The position numbers were made by a program, and so were the translations under genes. From NCBI GenBank assembly GCA_038212275.1, contig JBBQUR010000011.1, positions 1-64,000 on the forward strand: a stretch of 64,000 bases of DNA, read 5' to 3'. The notes beneath the pieces are model-generated. The model searched no databases. It was not told where the DNA came from and saw nothing but the letters and a program-made list of their open reading frames with translations. The DNA is from Planctomycetota bacterium (lineage in GTDB: Bacteria > Planctomycetota > B15-G4). Below are positions 18,282 through 28,168 of the stretch, in pieces. Numbering within the stretch: the first letter of the stretch is position 1; the number at the start of each line of letters is the position of its first letter.

Positions 18282-20033
18282 TCAGAACGGCGCGGTGAAG
18301 ATCAGCGAGTTCACGACCTTCACCGTGATGCTGTAGGTCTTCTGCTTGTCGAGGGAATCCGTGGCTATGAACTTCACCTTCTGCTTGCCGATGTTGTCGA
18401 AGGTCGGCGACCAGAGGAAGGTGCCGGTGCCCGTTCCTGGGTCCGCGAGGAACTGCGCGCCGAGCGTCGCGAACGGCTCCTTCGTGAGGTCCACGGAGAG
18501 CGTGACCGTGTCGCCCTCGTCAGGATCTACGGCGAACATCTCCAGGCTGTAGTCGGAGTTCACCAGCGCCTGCGTGTTCTTCACCTTGGTGAACACCGGC
18601 GGCTTGTTCTTCAGAGGATTCGTGTCGGGCAGGATGACCTTGACCTTGTAGTTGTAGGTCTTCGGCTTGTTGACCGAGTCGCTCACCACCATGGGCACGG
18701 TGTAGGTGCCCTTGGGCGTCGCGACATCCCACTCGATGCGCGGCGGCGTGAGCGGATCCATGTCCCCGTCGGCCACGAACTCCAGGCCCGGCGGCAGCGG
18801 CTTCTTGAGCGGGTCCTGAAGCGTCACGAGGAGTTCTGACGGCGGCAGTTCGATGTCCGTGGCGTACACGGGCACCGACACGGCACCGCCCTCCACGACG
18901 GTGACGGTGTAGGTCTCGAGCAGCGGCTTGGGGTTCTTGAAGTTGGTGAGATCCGGCGGCAGCAGCGACAGCTCCACGCTCGTGTAGCGATTGGACGTGA
19001 GGCTCAGCAGCGGCGACGTGTCCGTGTCCCTGTAGACATTGCCGTCCCAGCGGATGGACCAGAAGCTTTCACCTTCCGCGGCGATGTCCAGGTAGGTGTC
19101 GTCGATCGGATCGCTGCCGCCGGCCGGCAGGTCGACCAGCGGCGTGAGCAGGCTGGCGTCCGTGTAGATCTGTCCGTTGCCGCGCAACACGTGGAAGGTG
19201 CCGTCGGCCGTGAAGGCCATCCTGCGATAGCGGTCGTCGTTCTGATCCACGAAGAGCGGGTTCGTCGGGAACGGCAGCTGGAAGATCTGCTCGTCGGGCG
19301 GAAGGATCTGCCCGACCAGGATGCCGGTGCTCAGGACGCCGTCGCGGCGCAGGCCCCAGAGTTGACCGGACAGTTCGTTCCAGGCGAGCCCCACCCACAC
19401 GGTCTCGCTTCCCTGGCCGTCGGCCTTGCCGCTCTCCCCTGAGACGCCCGGCTGAATCACGTTGAGTCCGGGCGGCCCGGTGAATTTGAGATAGGGCGCG
19501 GTCGCCTGGAGATTCCTGAACACCGAGCCATCGGTGCGCAGGGAGTAGACGTTGCCTTCCACCGCAAGGCAGGTGGTGAAGTAGTAGAGGCCGGGCGAGT
19601 AGATGACGGTGTCGGTGCCGTCGGTGCTGAGCAGGCCGTCCTGACGGAGCGCGTAGACGCTCGAGTTGGCCACGGACAGTCCGACCCACTGCGGAATCCC
19701 GCTCGGAAACGCGACGAAGGGCAGCGTGTAGAGCTTCGCGCCATTCCGGTAGAGCAGGCCATCGAGGCGCATCGCGAAGCGGTCCGCCACTTCCGTGGCC
19801 AGGTTGTCCACGACCGCGAGCTGGGTCCATTTCTGGAAGGAGTTCTCGTTCGTGTCGGGCTTGAAGCTCGAGGGCAGCTTGTCCAGCTGCGTGCCGTTGA
19901 CCGAGAGAGTGCCCGTCTCGTTCAAGCCGTAGACAAGGGGCTCGGGATCGCCAGCGCGGACCGAGGGCGTCACGGCCAGCAGCAGGGAGGCGACGAGCAG
20001 CGCCGGAGCGTGCAGCAGACGAGAGTGCTTCAT
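18282..20033 (-). CDS. secreted protein with beta-propeller-like repeats and two C-terminal cadherin/Ig-like domains
   Basis: Signal peptide; repeated LRxDG units; NKPPVF...AVDPDEGDTVTLS...FLWSPT...ATDS. Confidence 0.65.
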   Translation of the reverse strand: MKHSRLLHAPALLVASLLLAVTPSVRAGDPEPLVYGLNETGTLSVNGTQLDKLPSSFKPDTNENSFQKWTQLAVVDNLATEVADRFAMRLDGLLYRNGAKLYTLPFVAFPSGIPQWVGLSVANSSVYALRQDGLLSTDGTDTVIYSPGLYYFTTCLAVEGNVYSLRTDGSVFRNLQATAPYLKFTGPPGLNVIQPGVSGESGKADGQGSETVWVGLAWNELSGQLWGLRRDGVLSTGILVGQILPPDEQIFQLPFPTNPLFVDQNDDRYRRMAFTADGTFHVLRGNGQIYTDASLLTPLVDLPAGGSDPIDDTYLDIAAEGESFWSIRWDGNVYRDTDTSPLLSLTSNRYTSVELSLLPPDLTNFKNPKPLLETYTVTVVEGGAVSVPVYATDIELPPSELLVTLQDPLKKPLPPGLEFVADGDMDPLTPPRIEWDVATPKGTYTVPMVVSDSVNKPKTYNYKVKVILPDTNPLKNKPPVFTKVKNTQALVNSDYSLEMFAVDPDEGDTVTLSVDLTKEPFATLGAQFLADPGTGTGTFLWSPTFDNIGKQKVKFIATDSLDKQKTYSITVKVVNSLIFTAPF

Positions 20034-20313
20034 GAGGCCATGTCCGAGGTGGGTCGTGGGCGATGCCGATTCCGGCGACATGCACGGAAACGGCACGGGA
20101 TCACGCGGGATCAGCGCGACACGGGAGCGACGGCGGCCGAGCAGGCGACCGAACGAGGTAGTCTAGCAATTCAGGCGGACAACATCACGGCGGAAGTGCC
20201 CTTCGATGCGGTCGAGGCACGCCGCGCGCTCTGCACGAACCGAGGCGCAGGCGCCTCGTTGCGCCGCAATCGCATGGGCAGGCCGTAATTCGGCGCAGAA
20301 AACGGCGCCGACA

Positions 20314-22158
20314 TCACTGCCAGGTGCGCAGCAGCTCCGCCTCGATGAGCGCGGGCGGCACATTGCCCACGCGCAGCAGGCGCTCGTGGAACTCCTGCAG
20401 CGAGAAGCGCTCACCGAGTCGCTCGCGGAACTCCTCGCGGATGCGCTGGATTTCCAGCATCCCCAGCATGTAGCTGCTGAAATAGGTCGGCTGGCGCGTG
20501 TAGGCGTTCACCGAGCCCTCGGCCTGCGCGTGGTTCATGCCGACGGCGCGCACCAGGAAATCCACCGCCTGCGCCCAGCTCATGTCCTGCGTGTGCACCG
20601 ACACGTCGAGGATCACGCGCGCCGCGCGCTGTAGCCGCCAGTTGAGCTGCATCAGCCGCTCGCGCGGGTCGTCGTAGTAGCCGGTCTCGTGGGCCAGCTC
20701 CTCGCAATAGAAGCCCCAGCCCTCCGAGAGCAGCGGGCTCTCGTTGAGGCGCCGGATGAGCGACGGATTGTCCTTCGCGTACACGAACTGCAGATGGTGT
20801 CCAGGATAGGCCTCGTGCCACGTGGTCCCCGGGATGTCGGACAGGATGTGCGCTTCGGGTGGCGGCGACACGAAGAAGGTGCCGAGGCGCGAGGCATCCA
20901 GCGGCGCGGGGCTCTCGTAGGCCGCGAACGGCACGGCGCTCCGCATGAACTCCGGCGTCTCCAGGATCTGCAGCGACTCCGCCGGAATGCCGACGATCCG
21001 GTGGTCGAGCAGGAACTGTCGCGAGCGCGCGACCTCATCGCGGTAGCTCGGCATGAGCGTGTCGGCGCTTGGATGCTGCTCCATCATCTCGGCGAGCAGC
21101 GCGCGCCAGTCGCGACCGGGAGCGATCTGCCGTGCCGTCGCTTCCAGCAGCGCCAGCGTGAGATCGAACTGCTTCTGGCCGAGCGCGAGCAGCGCATCGG
21201 CGTCAAAGTCCGCAGCCAGGAGGTAATTCTCGTGCAGCAACCAGTCGAACTCCGCGCGGCCGAGCGCGAAGCTCGAGTCGGAGCGCGGCAGCAGCTCGGT
21301 CACCAGGAAGTCGCGGTAGGAAGTGAGCGCCGTGCGCGCGGCGTCCAGCGCGGCCGACAGCCCCGGCACCTGGGCGGCCTGCTGACCGGCCGGCCCCGGC
21401 ACCTCGCCGGCCAGCGCCGGCACCGAGTCGAGGAACTGCAGCGCGCCGGTCGTGTCCTCGATGGCCATGTCGGTCCACACCTTCGGCGGGCGGCCGAGGA
21501 CTGCGCGCAGGTCCGCGCACACGGCCGGAATCACGAGGAGGCGCTGCACGGCGTGTGCCGCGCGCACGTCGCGCGGAGCGAAGTCGCGGATGAGCAGGTC
21601 GTTGACGGCGGCGATCGCGTCGACTGCAAAGCCCGGCGACAGCGTGCGCAGGTCGCGGCGAGCGTACTCGTGCGCCTCGACCCGCAGCTGAGCGCGGAAG
21701 AGCCGCCAGTCCACGGCATCCTCGGGAGTGAGCGCCGCCGGATCGATGGCCTCGATAGCAGCCAGCGTGCGACTTGCCAGCTCGGCGCGCCCATGCCACG
21801 CCGCGTCGTCGTAACGAGTGAGTTCGCCGTCGTGCGCATGCCTCCCGATGCGTGTGGACCAGTTCGGATCCAGCGCAGACCGCTCGTCGAGCCAACGCTC
21901 GAACACGCCATGAAACGCCGCAACGACCGCCGCGTCCGCAGCCGCAGCCGCAGCCTGCGCCGCCGGCAGGGCCTGCGCCACCTGCGCCACCTGCGCCAGT
22001 GGCGCCAGTGGCGCCAGTGGTGTCGCCGGTGTCGCCGGTGTCGCTGGTGCGGCCAGTGCCGTTGGAGACGGAGGCGCCGTCGGCGCGGCGGAGTGCCCCG
22101 CGGGAGTCTGAGCGCAGGCGGTGAGCAGCAGCAGCGACGGCACGAGAGCGATCTTCAT
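20314..22158 (-). CDS. DUF885-family lipoprotein (putative metallopeptidase-like)
   Basis: Lipobox LLTAC; HEAYPGHHLQ; SEGWGFYCE; RAARVILDV; YMLG; FSLQEFHE. Confidence 0.9.
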   Translation of the reverse strand: MKIALVPSLLLLTACAQTPAGHSAAPTAPPSPTALAAPATPATPATPLAPLAPLAQVAQVAQALPAAQAAAAAADAAVVAAFHGVFERWLDERSALDPNWSTRIGRHAHDGELTRYDDAAWHGRAELASRTLAAIEAIDPAALTPEDAVDWRLFRAQLRVEAHEYARRDLRTLSPGFAVDAIAAVNDLLIRDFAPRDVRAAHAVQRLLVIPAVCADLRAVLGRPPKVWTDMAIEDTTGALQFLDSVPALAGEVPGPAGQQAAQVPGLSAALDAARTALTSYRDFLVTELLPRSDSSFALGRAEFDWLLHENYLLAADFDADALLALGQKQFDLTLALLEATARQIAPGRDWRALLAEMMEQHPSADTLMPSYRDEVARSRQFLLDHRIVGIPAESLQILETPEFMRSAVPFAAYESPAPLDASRLGTFFVSPPPEAHILSDIPGTTWHEAYPGHHLQFVYAKDNPSLIRRLNESPLLSEGWGFYCEELAHETGYYDDPRERLMQLNWRLQRAARVILDVSVHTQDMSWAQAVDFLVRAVGMNHAQAEGSVNAYTRQPTYFSSYMLGMLEIQRIREEFRERLGERFSLQEFHERLLRVGNVPPALIEAELLRTWQ

Positions 22159-22223
22159 GCGGAGCATCCTAAGAACTGCGCCTGTCGTTGTCCGCATGCG
22201 GACGCAGGGCTAAGCTGCGCCCC

Positions 22224-22802
22224 ATGCTGCGCTTCACTCTCCTGCGCTCCGTGCCGGCCACCGCTGCGCTGCTGGCCCTCGTGGCATGCGGCGACGCCGT
22301 GACGGAATCGCCCGCCGCCCCTCACGCCGCCCCCGCTGTCGCGCCTGCGCATGTCGCAGCGCCCGTCGGCGCGGCGCCCGTCGTCGCAGCGCCCGTCGGC
22401 GCGGCGCCTGCCACATTGCCCGCAACACCGCCGGCGGCCGGCGCGGCGGATCGCACGCTGCTCGAAGAGCGCAGCGGCGTGACGACCAACGGCGCCTTCG
22501 TCGTGACCTGGGCGCCGGTGCCCGACCCGATTCCCTTCAACGAGGCGTGGAAGCTCGCCGTCACCGTGGCTCGCGCGGCCAGCCCCACGGTGCCGGAGAG
22601 CGGCGCGCGCCTCGAGCTCGACGCGACGATGCCCGCCCACGGGCACGGCATGAACCGCACGCCCCGCGTCATCACCAACGGCGACGGCACCTTCGTCGTC
22701 GAAGGCATGCTCTTCCACATGTCCGGCGAGTGGAACCTTGTCTTCCACGTGTACGTCGGCACCGAGTACGGCCAGGTGATCCTGCGCGTCGAGCTGCCTT
22801 GA
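22224..22802 (+). CDS. YtkA/FixH-like lipoprotein
   Basis: Lipobox LVAC; DATMPAHGHGM; GMLFHMSGEW. Confidence 0.75.
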   Translation: MLRFTLLRSVPATAALLALVACGDAVTESPAAPHAAPAVAPAHVAAPVGAAPVVAAPVGAAPATLPATPPAAGAADRTLLEERSGVTTNGAFVVTWAPVPDPIPFNEAWKLAVTVARAASPTVPESGARLELDATMPAHGHGMNRTPRVITNGDGTFVVEGMLFHMSGEWNLVFHVYVGTEYGQVILRVELP

Positions 22803-24178
22803 GCGCGCTGACCCTGCTCGCCGCGCCGCTGCTGCTCACGTTGCAGGTCGCCGCGCCAGTGGGCACTGCGCCAGTGAATGCCCCGCCAGTGGTTGCCTCG
22901 CCGGTAGCTGGCGCGCCGGTAGCTGGTGCGCCGGTGGCGACCGACCCCGGCGATGGGCTGGCGGTTGCGTTCGCTCCCGAAGAACTCGCGCGCATCCTGC
23001 GCCACTCTCCGCTGCCCGCCGCGCCGCTCGACCCCACCAACGCCGTCTCGGGCGACCCGCGCGCGGCTCGGTTCGGACAGTTCCTGTTCTTCGACACGCG
23101 TTTTTCCTCCAACGGCAAGGTCTCGTGCGCGACGTGCCACGTGCCGGAGAAGGCCTTCGCGGACGGTCGCAGCCTGGCGCAGGGCGTCGGCGATGCCACG
23201 CGCCACGCGCCCGCGCTCTGGAACGTGGCCGACAACCGCTGGTTCTTCTGGGATGGACGCGCCGACTCGCTCTGGGCGCAGGCGCTCTCGCCGCTGGAAA
23301 ATCCGCTCGAGCACGGCACCAGCCGGCTGGCCGTCGTGCGCATGCTGGAGGCCGACGAGGAACTGCGCCGCGCCTACCAGAACCTGTTCGGGCAGCTCCC
23401 CGAACTCTCCGAGGCAGCACGCGCGCTGCCCGCCGCACGGCCGGTGCCCGACGACGGCAAGGCGCCGGAGCACGTCGCCTGGCTGTCGCTCGCGGCGGAG
23501 GAGCGGCGCGCGATCGACATCGTCTTCAGCAACGTGGGCAAGTGCATCGCGGCCTACGTGCGCCTCATCCGCTCCGGGCACGCGCCCTTCGACGTGTTCG
23601 TGGAAGGCCTGCGCGACGGCGACCCGGCCAAGCTCGCCGCGCTGTCGCCCTCCGCGCAGCGCGGGCTGCAGCTGTTCGACGGCCGCGCCAACTGTCGCAA
23701 CTGCCACTCCGGCCCCGACTTCACCGACAAGGAATTCCACAGCGTGCGCGTGCCGTCGGCCAGCAGGTCGCTCGAGCGCGATCCGGGCCGCTACACCGGC
23801 ATCACCCGCGTGCTGACCGATCCCTTCAACGGCCTCGGCGAGTTCTCCGACGACCGCGGCGAGGCTGCGCGCGAGAGACTCTCCTTCCTCGACAACCGCA
23901 CGTCCAACCAGGGGCAGTTCAAGACGCCGAGCCTGCGCAACGTCGCCGTCACCGCGCCCTACATGCACCAGGGACAGATGGCCACGCTGCGCGACGTGCT
24001 GCACCACTACAGCGTGTTCGACAAGACCTTCGACCCGCTGAAGGGGCATTTCGAACTGACGCTGCAGCCGCTGCACCTCACGGATCAGGAAACCGACGAC
24101 CTCATCGCCTTCCTCGAGTCGCTGACCGACACGGCCCTCGACCCGACGCTGATGGCGCAGCCAACGTCGCCACGCTGA
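22799..24178 (+). CDS. di-heme cytochrome c peroxidase / MauG-MbnH family protein
   Basis: GQFLFFDTRFS, SCATCH, FFWDGRADSL, NCRNCH, FKTPSLRNVAVTAPYMH, LIAFLESL. TTG start overlaps the upstream TGA. Confidence 0.9.
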   Translation: MSALTLLAAPLLLTLQVAAPVGTAPVNAPPVVASPVAGAPVAGAPVATDPGDGLAVAFAPEELARILRHSPLPAAPLDPTNAVSGDPRAARFGQFLFFDTRFSSNGKVSCATCHVPEKAFADGRSLAQGVGDATRHAPALWNVADNRWFFWDGRADSLWAQALSPLENPLEHGTSRLAVVRMLEADEELRRAYQNLFGQLPELSEAARALPAARPVPDDGKAPEHVAWLSLAAEERRAIDIVFSNVGKCIAAYVRLIRSGHAPFDVFVEGLRDGDPAKLAALSPSAQRGLQLFDGRANCRNCHSGPDFTDKEFHSVRVPSASRSLERDPGRYTGITRVLTDPFNGLGEFSDDRGEAARERLSFLDNRTSNQGQFKTPSLRNVAVTAPYMHQGQMATLRDVLHHYSVFDKTFDPLKGHFELTLQPLHLTDQETDDLIAFLESLTDTALDPTLMAQPTSPR

Positions 24179-24190
24179 ACGCGCCGCCTC

Positions 24191-25600
24191 TCACGGGCCG
24201 GCGGACGGGCGTCCCACGATGAAAAGCTGCGCGCCGTGGCGCGGGACCTCGGCGGTGAAGCTGCCGTCGTGCTCGCCTTCGTTGCGGCCCAGCCAGCAGT
24301 TGCGCACGGGCTGCAGGCCCTGCAGCCCGAGCGCGTCCCAGCGGACCGTGACCGGCGCGGCGACCGGAGTGCGATTGAACAGGCCCACCGCGACGCGGCC
24401 ATCGTGCAGCGGTCGCGCCAGGACCTCGGTGCGCGCGGCCCCTGCCGCTCGAGCCGCTTCGATGCGGTGCGCGGGGATGCCGAGCAGGTCCTCATCCACG
24501 CCGAGCACTTCGTCGTTGGTGAGCAGCGCGCGCGTGAACGCGTCGAGCTGCTCCCAGTCCGCGCCGGCGAGCAGCGGTTCGGCGAGCAGCGCGCCCAGCG
24601 TGACGTGAGCGATCTGCTCGTTGGGCGTCAGGCGGCTGTCCCTCAGGTCCGGTCCCCAGCCTGACGACGCGAGGGCGGCGTCCAGCTCGTCGCGCGGCGC
24701 GCCGTGCTCCCCCGTGTCGCGGGCGACGATGCGCAGGCCGCGCTCGCCGGGGCCGTGCGGGCCGATCACCTCCAGCGCGACGTCCCACGTGCCCTCCTGC
24801 GGGATGCTGCCGGAGAGGAGCCCGCTCCAGCGATCCAGCGTCAGTCCGTCCGGCAGGCCGCGCGCCGAAAAGCGCAGCGGCGCGGCGCCGGTGGCCGGAA
24901 TGCGGTACGCGAAAGGGCGCTCCGGCGTGACGACGAGCACGCGCGGCCCGCGGATCATCGCCAGCGGCGACACGGCGCGCACGATGTCGAGCGGCACATC
25001 GGGCGGCGGCGGGAGCGCGCGCACGCGGGCCGCAACGCTCGGAGCGGTGCCGTCGGCGCCGATCAAAGGCGTCTCCAGTCCCGCGATTTCGATGCGCGCA
25101 TCGGCCCAGTCCGCGTGGTCGGCGGTGATGCCGTCGCCGCCGCCCTCGACAGCCAGCTCCAGCGTCTGCGCGCCACGCAGGTCCACCGAGAGATGGCGCG
25201 GGGCGTCACCACCGCGCAGCACTTCGCTGCGCACGGCCTCGACGCCGTCGACGCGCACGATGAAACGCACGCTGCCGTGGCGGCCCACCTCGTCGTCCAC
25301 ACCGACCCACGACGTGAAGCGCAGGGCCATGCGATCCAGTGCGATCGTGATCTCGCTGTCGGCGTGCGTGCCGACGCCATCACCGTATGTCTGACCGGCC
25401 AGCAGAATCGGATGACCGTCCACCGAGCGACCCGCCTGCGGCGCGCCCCACTGCTGCGTCATGGCCGACAGATCCAGGTCCTGCAGCGCGACGTGCGGCA
25501 CGTCCGGCGCCGCAACCCCCGGCGCCGCAACGTGCGGCGAATTGACGGAGCCGGCGATCGGCATCGCCAGCAGCAGGAGGCACAGCGAGGCTTGATTCAT
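24191..25600 (-). CDS. NPCBM/NEW2 + Ig (He_PIG) + GH27 C-terminal domain protein lacking most of the catalytic barrel
   Basis: GVGTHA...VGVDDE...GSVRF...DHADWADA (NPCBM); FSARGLPDGLTLD (Ig); GWGP...LTPNEQ...LLTNDEV...AVGLFN...VRNCW...VPRHG (GH27 tail). Confidence 0.75.
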   Translation of the reverse strand: MNQASLCLLLLAMPIAGSVNSPHVAAPGVAAPDVPHVALQDLDLSAMTQQWGAPQAGRSVDGHPILLAGQTYGDGVGTHADSEITIALDRMALRFTSWVGVDDEVGRHGSVRFIVRVDGVEAVRSEVLRGGDAPRHLSVDLRGAQTLELAVEGGGDGITADHADWADARIEIAGLETPLIGADGTAPSVAARVRALPPPPDVPLDIVRAVSPLAMIRGPRVLVVTPERPFAYRIPATGAAPLRFSARGLPDGLTLDRWSGLLSGSIPQEGTWDVALEVIGPHGPGERGLRIVARDTGEHGAPRDELDAALASSGWGPDLRDSRLTPNEQIAHVTLGALLAEPLLAGADWEQLDAFTRALLTNDEVLGVDEDLLGIPAHRIEAARAAGAARTEVLARPLHDGRVAVGLFNRTPVAAPVTVRWDALGLQGLQPVRNCWLGRNEGEHDGSFTAEVPRHGAQLFIVGRPSAGP

Positions 25601-25663
25601 GGCCGCCGGTTGTACCGTGCCGCCACGTCCGCGGCGATTCCCTCGGCCCACGAAGCACCCGGC

Positions 25664-25748
25664 CGCGCGATCACCCGCGCGATCACCCGCGAGTCCGATC
25701 CGCGAGTCCGATCCGCGAACCCGATCCGCGAACCCGATCCGCGAACCC
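25664..25748. repeat. 12/13-bp tandem array (CGCGCGATCACC x2, CGCGAGTCCGATC x2, CGCGAACCCGATC x2+)
   Basis: Read directly from the sequence; abuts palindrome copy 2. Confidence 0.85.
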
Positions 25749-25780
25749 GTGTGATGTTGAGGCACTGCCTCAACATCACA
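25749..25780. repeat. palindromic element copy 2: (G)TGTGATGTTGAGGCA-C-TGCCTCAACATCACA
   Basis: Perfect 15-bp arms; matches 17827-17859. Confidence 0.9.
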
Positions 25781-25865
25781 TGGCCGCCTGCGATGACTCC
25801 GCGAGAGGTGCTTCCGGCGAGCAACCCGGCGCGCACCGCGCAGGACCGCAGTGGCCGCGGGGGCT

Positions 25866-27713
25866 TCAGCGACTGGCCCGCGCCAGCTGGAGCAGGGCGC
25901 TTCGGAGGCGGCGGTGCTTGTCGAGGAGTCGGACGTAGTCGGACTCGCGCCGGGAACCTTTGGCGCGGATCACGGCGAGCAGCGCGCGCTTCTGCGCCGG
26001 ACTCCAGCGCGCGAGGCCGGGCAGCACCGTGACCAGCGGCGCCCAGCGCTCGAAGGCCAGCCGCTCGCCCGGCGTCCACGACGCCGGGAGCCGCACCGCC
26101 TCGAGCTTGCGTCCGGCACGCGAGCCGGCGGCGCGCGAGCCGGCGGCAGGTGCGCTGCCGGCCGTCCGCCGCGCGCCCGGCACGCCGAGCAGCGCCGCGG
26201 CTTCCTGCTCGCAGGCGCGTGCGCCGCGCGAGCCGGGCAGGCGGTCGCTGCCGCCGCGGCGCGCGAGGCCGTCCGTCACGGCGAGGCCGATGTTGGCCAG
26301 CGGCGCGATGCCGATGACGTCGTCGCGCTCGCGGCCGGCGTGGTAGTAGACGTTGTGCGCCGCCAGCTTGCGCAGTGTCGCGATGCTGCTGCGATGGCCG
26401 GGGCGCTTCGCCATGGTCGCCAGCTCGCGGCGCATGAGGCGCAGCGCGCCGGCATCCTTCGGCCGGAATCCGAGCTTCTGATAGAACCACCACGCGCCCG
26501 ACTGCAGCGCCTCGTCGTTGTCGTCGCCGAGCTGATAGGGGTAGATGGTGAAGCTGTCGCTGTCGAAGAGAGCGCGCGCCGTGCCGAGCACGCAACCGTA
26601 GATCTGCCCCGCCTCGCCGCCGCGCCAGGTCTCGAAGACGTTGTAGGCGATCTCCGAGCTGCCGAGGAGCGCCGAGATGAGCACGTAGCCGATGGGCACG
26701 CCGTTCTTCAGCGTGAGCAGTCCGTAGACGGATTCCATCAGCAGGCGCCGCTCGGGAATCGCGCCGACGCAGGCAAAGGACAGGTCGCCGTCCCACTCCA
26801 CCATGCGCACGTCGTCGGGGTCGCCCCACGCGAAGACGTCGAGGTCGCGGCTGCGCACGACCATCGCGGCACGCGCCAGGTCGATGAGCGCCTGGCCCTC
26901 GGCCCGCGTCACGGCGCGGACGGAGCGCGGCCGCCGCGTCAGCGCCTCGGCGAGGTCGGGTCGCTGGCGCGCGAGCGGGCCGCTCTGGAAATGGACCGCG
27001 CGCGTCCCGGCGACGGCGGCGCGTCCGCGCGCGGCGTGCCGCCCGGGGCTCGCAGCGGCCGGCGGGAGGTGCAGCGCGAGCGTGCGCGACGGCGACCCCG
27101 GACCGGGTTCCAGCACGAGCGGCGGCTGCAGGCCCTCGTACAGGAACTCGTCGAGGAAGTGGTCGCCCTTGCAGGCCGCGGCGACGGCGCGCACGAGAAA
27201 CGCCGCATCGGTCTCGCCGCCCCGCATGCGATCGAGCCACTGCCGCGCCGTGAGGTCGAGGTCATCGAGTCCGGGCGTCTCGGCGAAATGCGCGATGAGC
27301 GGCAGCAGCCGGCCCAGCGCCTCCTCGTCCTTGTCGTTCCAGTCGGCCCAGTCGATGCGCAGGCCGTCGCCCCAGCGGTGCGCGAGCCAGGCGGCCATCG
27401 AGGCGAAGAAGGGATAGTGCGTGTCGGTGCCCGCGATGCCGCTGTCCGCGAGCTCGGTGCGCGCACGGGCGAGGTCGGGCCGCGCGGCAAAGCCCTCGAG
27501 CAGGCGCTCGACCAGCGCGAGCAGCGCCGCATCGTCCGGGTAGGCGCGCAGGAAACACAACACCTCGTGGAATCGCGTGACCGCCGCCGCACCCGGGAGT
27601 CGTGCGCGGCCAAGCGTCACGAGCAGGGCGCGCTTGCGCAGCGCCGCGGAAGGGCCGAAGTCCGCGTGGCAGCGCTCCAGCTCAGCGAGCAGGCGCGCCG
27701 CGGCGACCTTCAC
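25866..27713 (-). CDS. hypothetical protein with possible degenerate GNAT-like C-terminal region
   Basis: 615-aa ORF with natural composition; FETWRGGEAG and WFYQKLGFRP; GTG start overlaps the ACT gene stop. Confidence 0.65.
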   Translation of the reverse strand: MKVAAARLLAELERCHADFGPSAALRKRALLVTLGRARLPGAAAVTRFHEVLCFLRAYPDDAALLALVERLLEGFAARPDLARARTELADSGIAGTDTHYPFFASMAAWLAHRWGDGLRIDWADWNDKDEEALGRLLPLIAHFAETPGLDDLDLTARQWLDRMRGGETDAAFLVRAVAAACKGDHFLDEFLYEGLQPPLVLEPGPGSPSRTLALHLPPAAASPGRHAARGRAAVAGTRAVHFQSGPLARQRPDLAEALTRRPRSVRAVTRAEGQALIDLARAAMVVRSRDLDVFAWGDPDDVRMVEWDGDLSFACVGAIPERRLLMESVYGLLTLKNGVPIGYVLISALLGSSEIAYNVFETWRGGEAGQIYGCVLGTARALFDSDSFTIYPYQLGDDNDEALQSGAWWFYQKLGFRPKDAGALRLMRRELATMAKRPGHRSSIATLRKLAAHNVYYHAGRERDDVIGIAPLANIGLAVTDGLARRGGSDRLPGSRGARACEQEAAALLGVPGARRTAGSAPAAGSRAAGSRAGRKLEAVRLPASWTPGERLAFERWAPLVTVLPGLARWSPAQKRALLAVIRAKGSRRESDYVRLLDKHRRLRSALLQLARASR

Positions 27714-28168
27714 CGCAGATCATCCTGCGAGAGGAGCTGCAGGCCGTGTTCGCAGAGCGTGGTGGCGGCGCGCTCGATGTCCTCGACATGCAGCGCCAGC
27801 GCCGCGCGATGCTTGCCCGCCGTGACGACGCCGTAGATGTAGTGCACGTTCAGCTCCGCCGCGAGCAGCGCCTGCAGCACTCGCCGGATGCCGATGCCCT
27901 TGCCCGGCGGCGGCGTGATGCAGAGCAGGTCGCTCTGCACGAGGTGGTAGCCCTCCGCCTGCAGCGCCGCGCCCGCGAGCGACGGCCTGTCCACCACGAG
28001 CCGCACCACGGCGTGGTCCGCAGCATCGGCGATGGACAGCGCGCAGATCGTGATCTCGTGGGCCTCGAGCACGCGCGTCACGGCGAGCAGCGCGCCGATG
28101 TGGTTCTCGAGGAAGATCGAGAGCTGCTTGATGCGGGCTTCGGTCTGACCTTCGCTGATCTCGTGCAT
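27710..28168 (-). CDS. tandem ACT-domain protein
   Basis: IKQLSIFLENHIGAL...ICALSIAD...VVRLVVD; LNVHYIY. Confidence 0.85.
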   Translation of the reverse strand: MHEISEGQTEARIKQLSIFLENHIGALLAVTRVLEAHEITICALSIADAADHAVVRLVVDRPSLAGAALQAEGYHLVQSDLLCITPPPGKGIGIRRVLQALLAAELNVHYIYGVVTAGKHRAALALHVEDIERAATTLCEHGLQLLSQDDLR

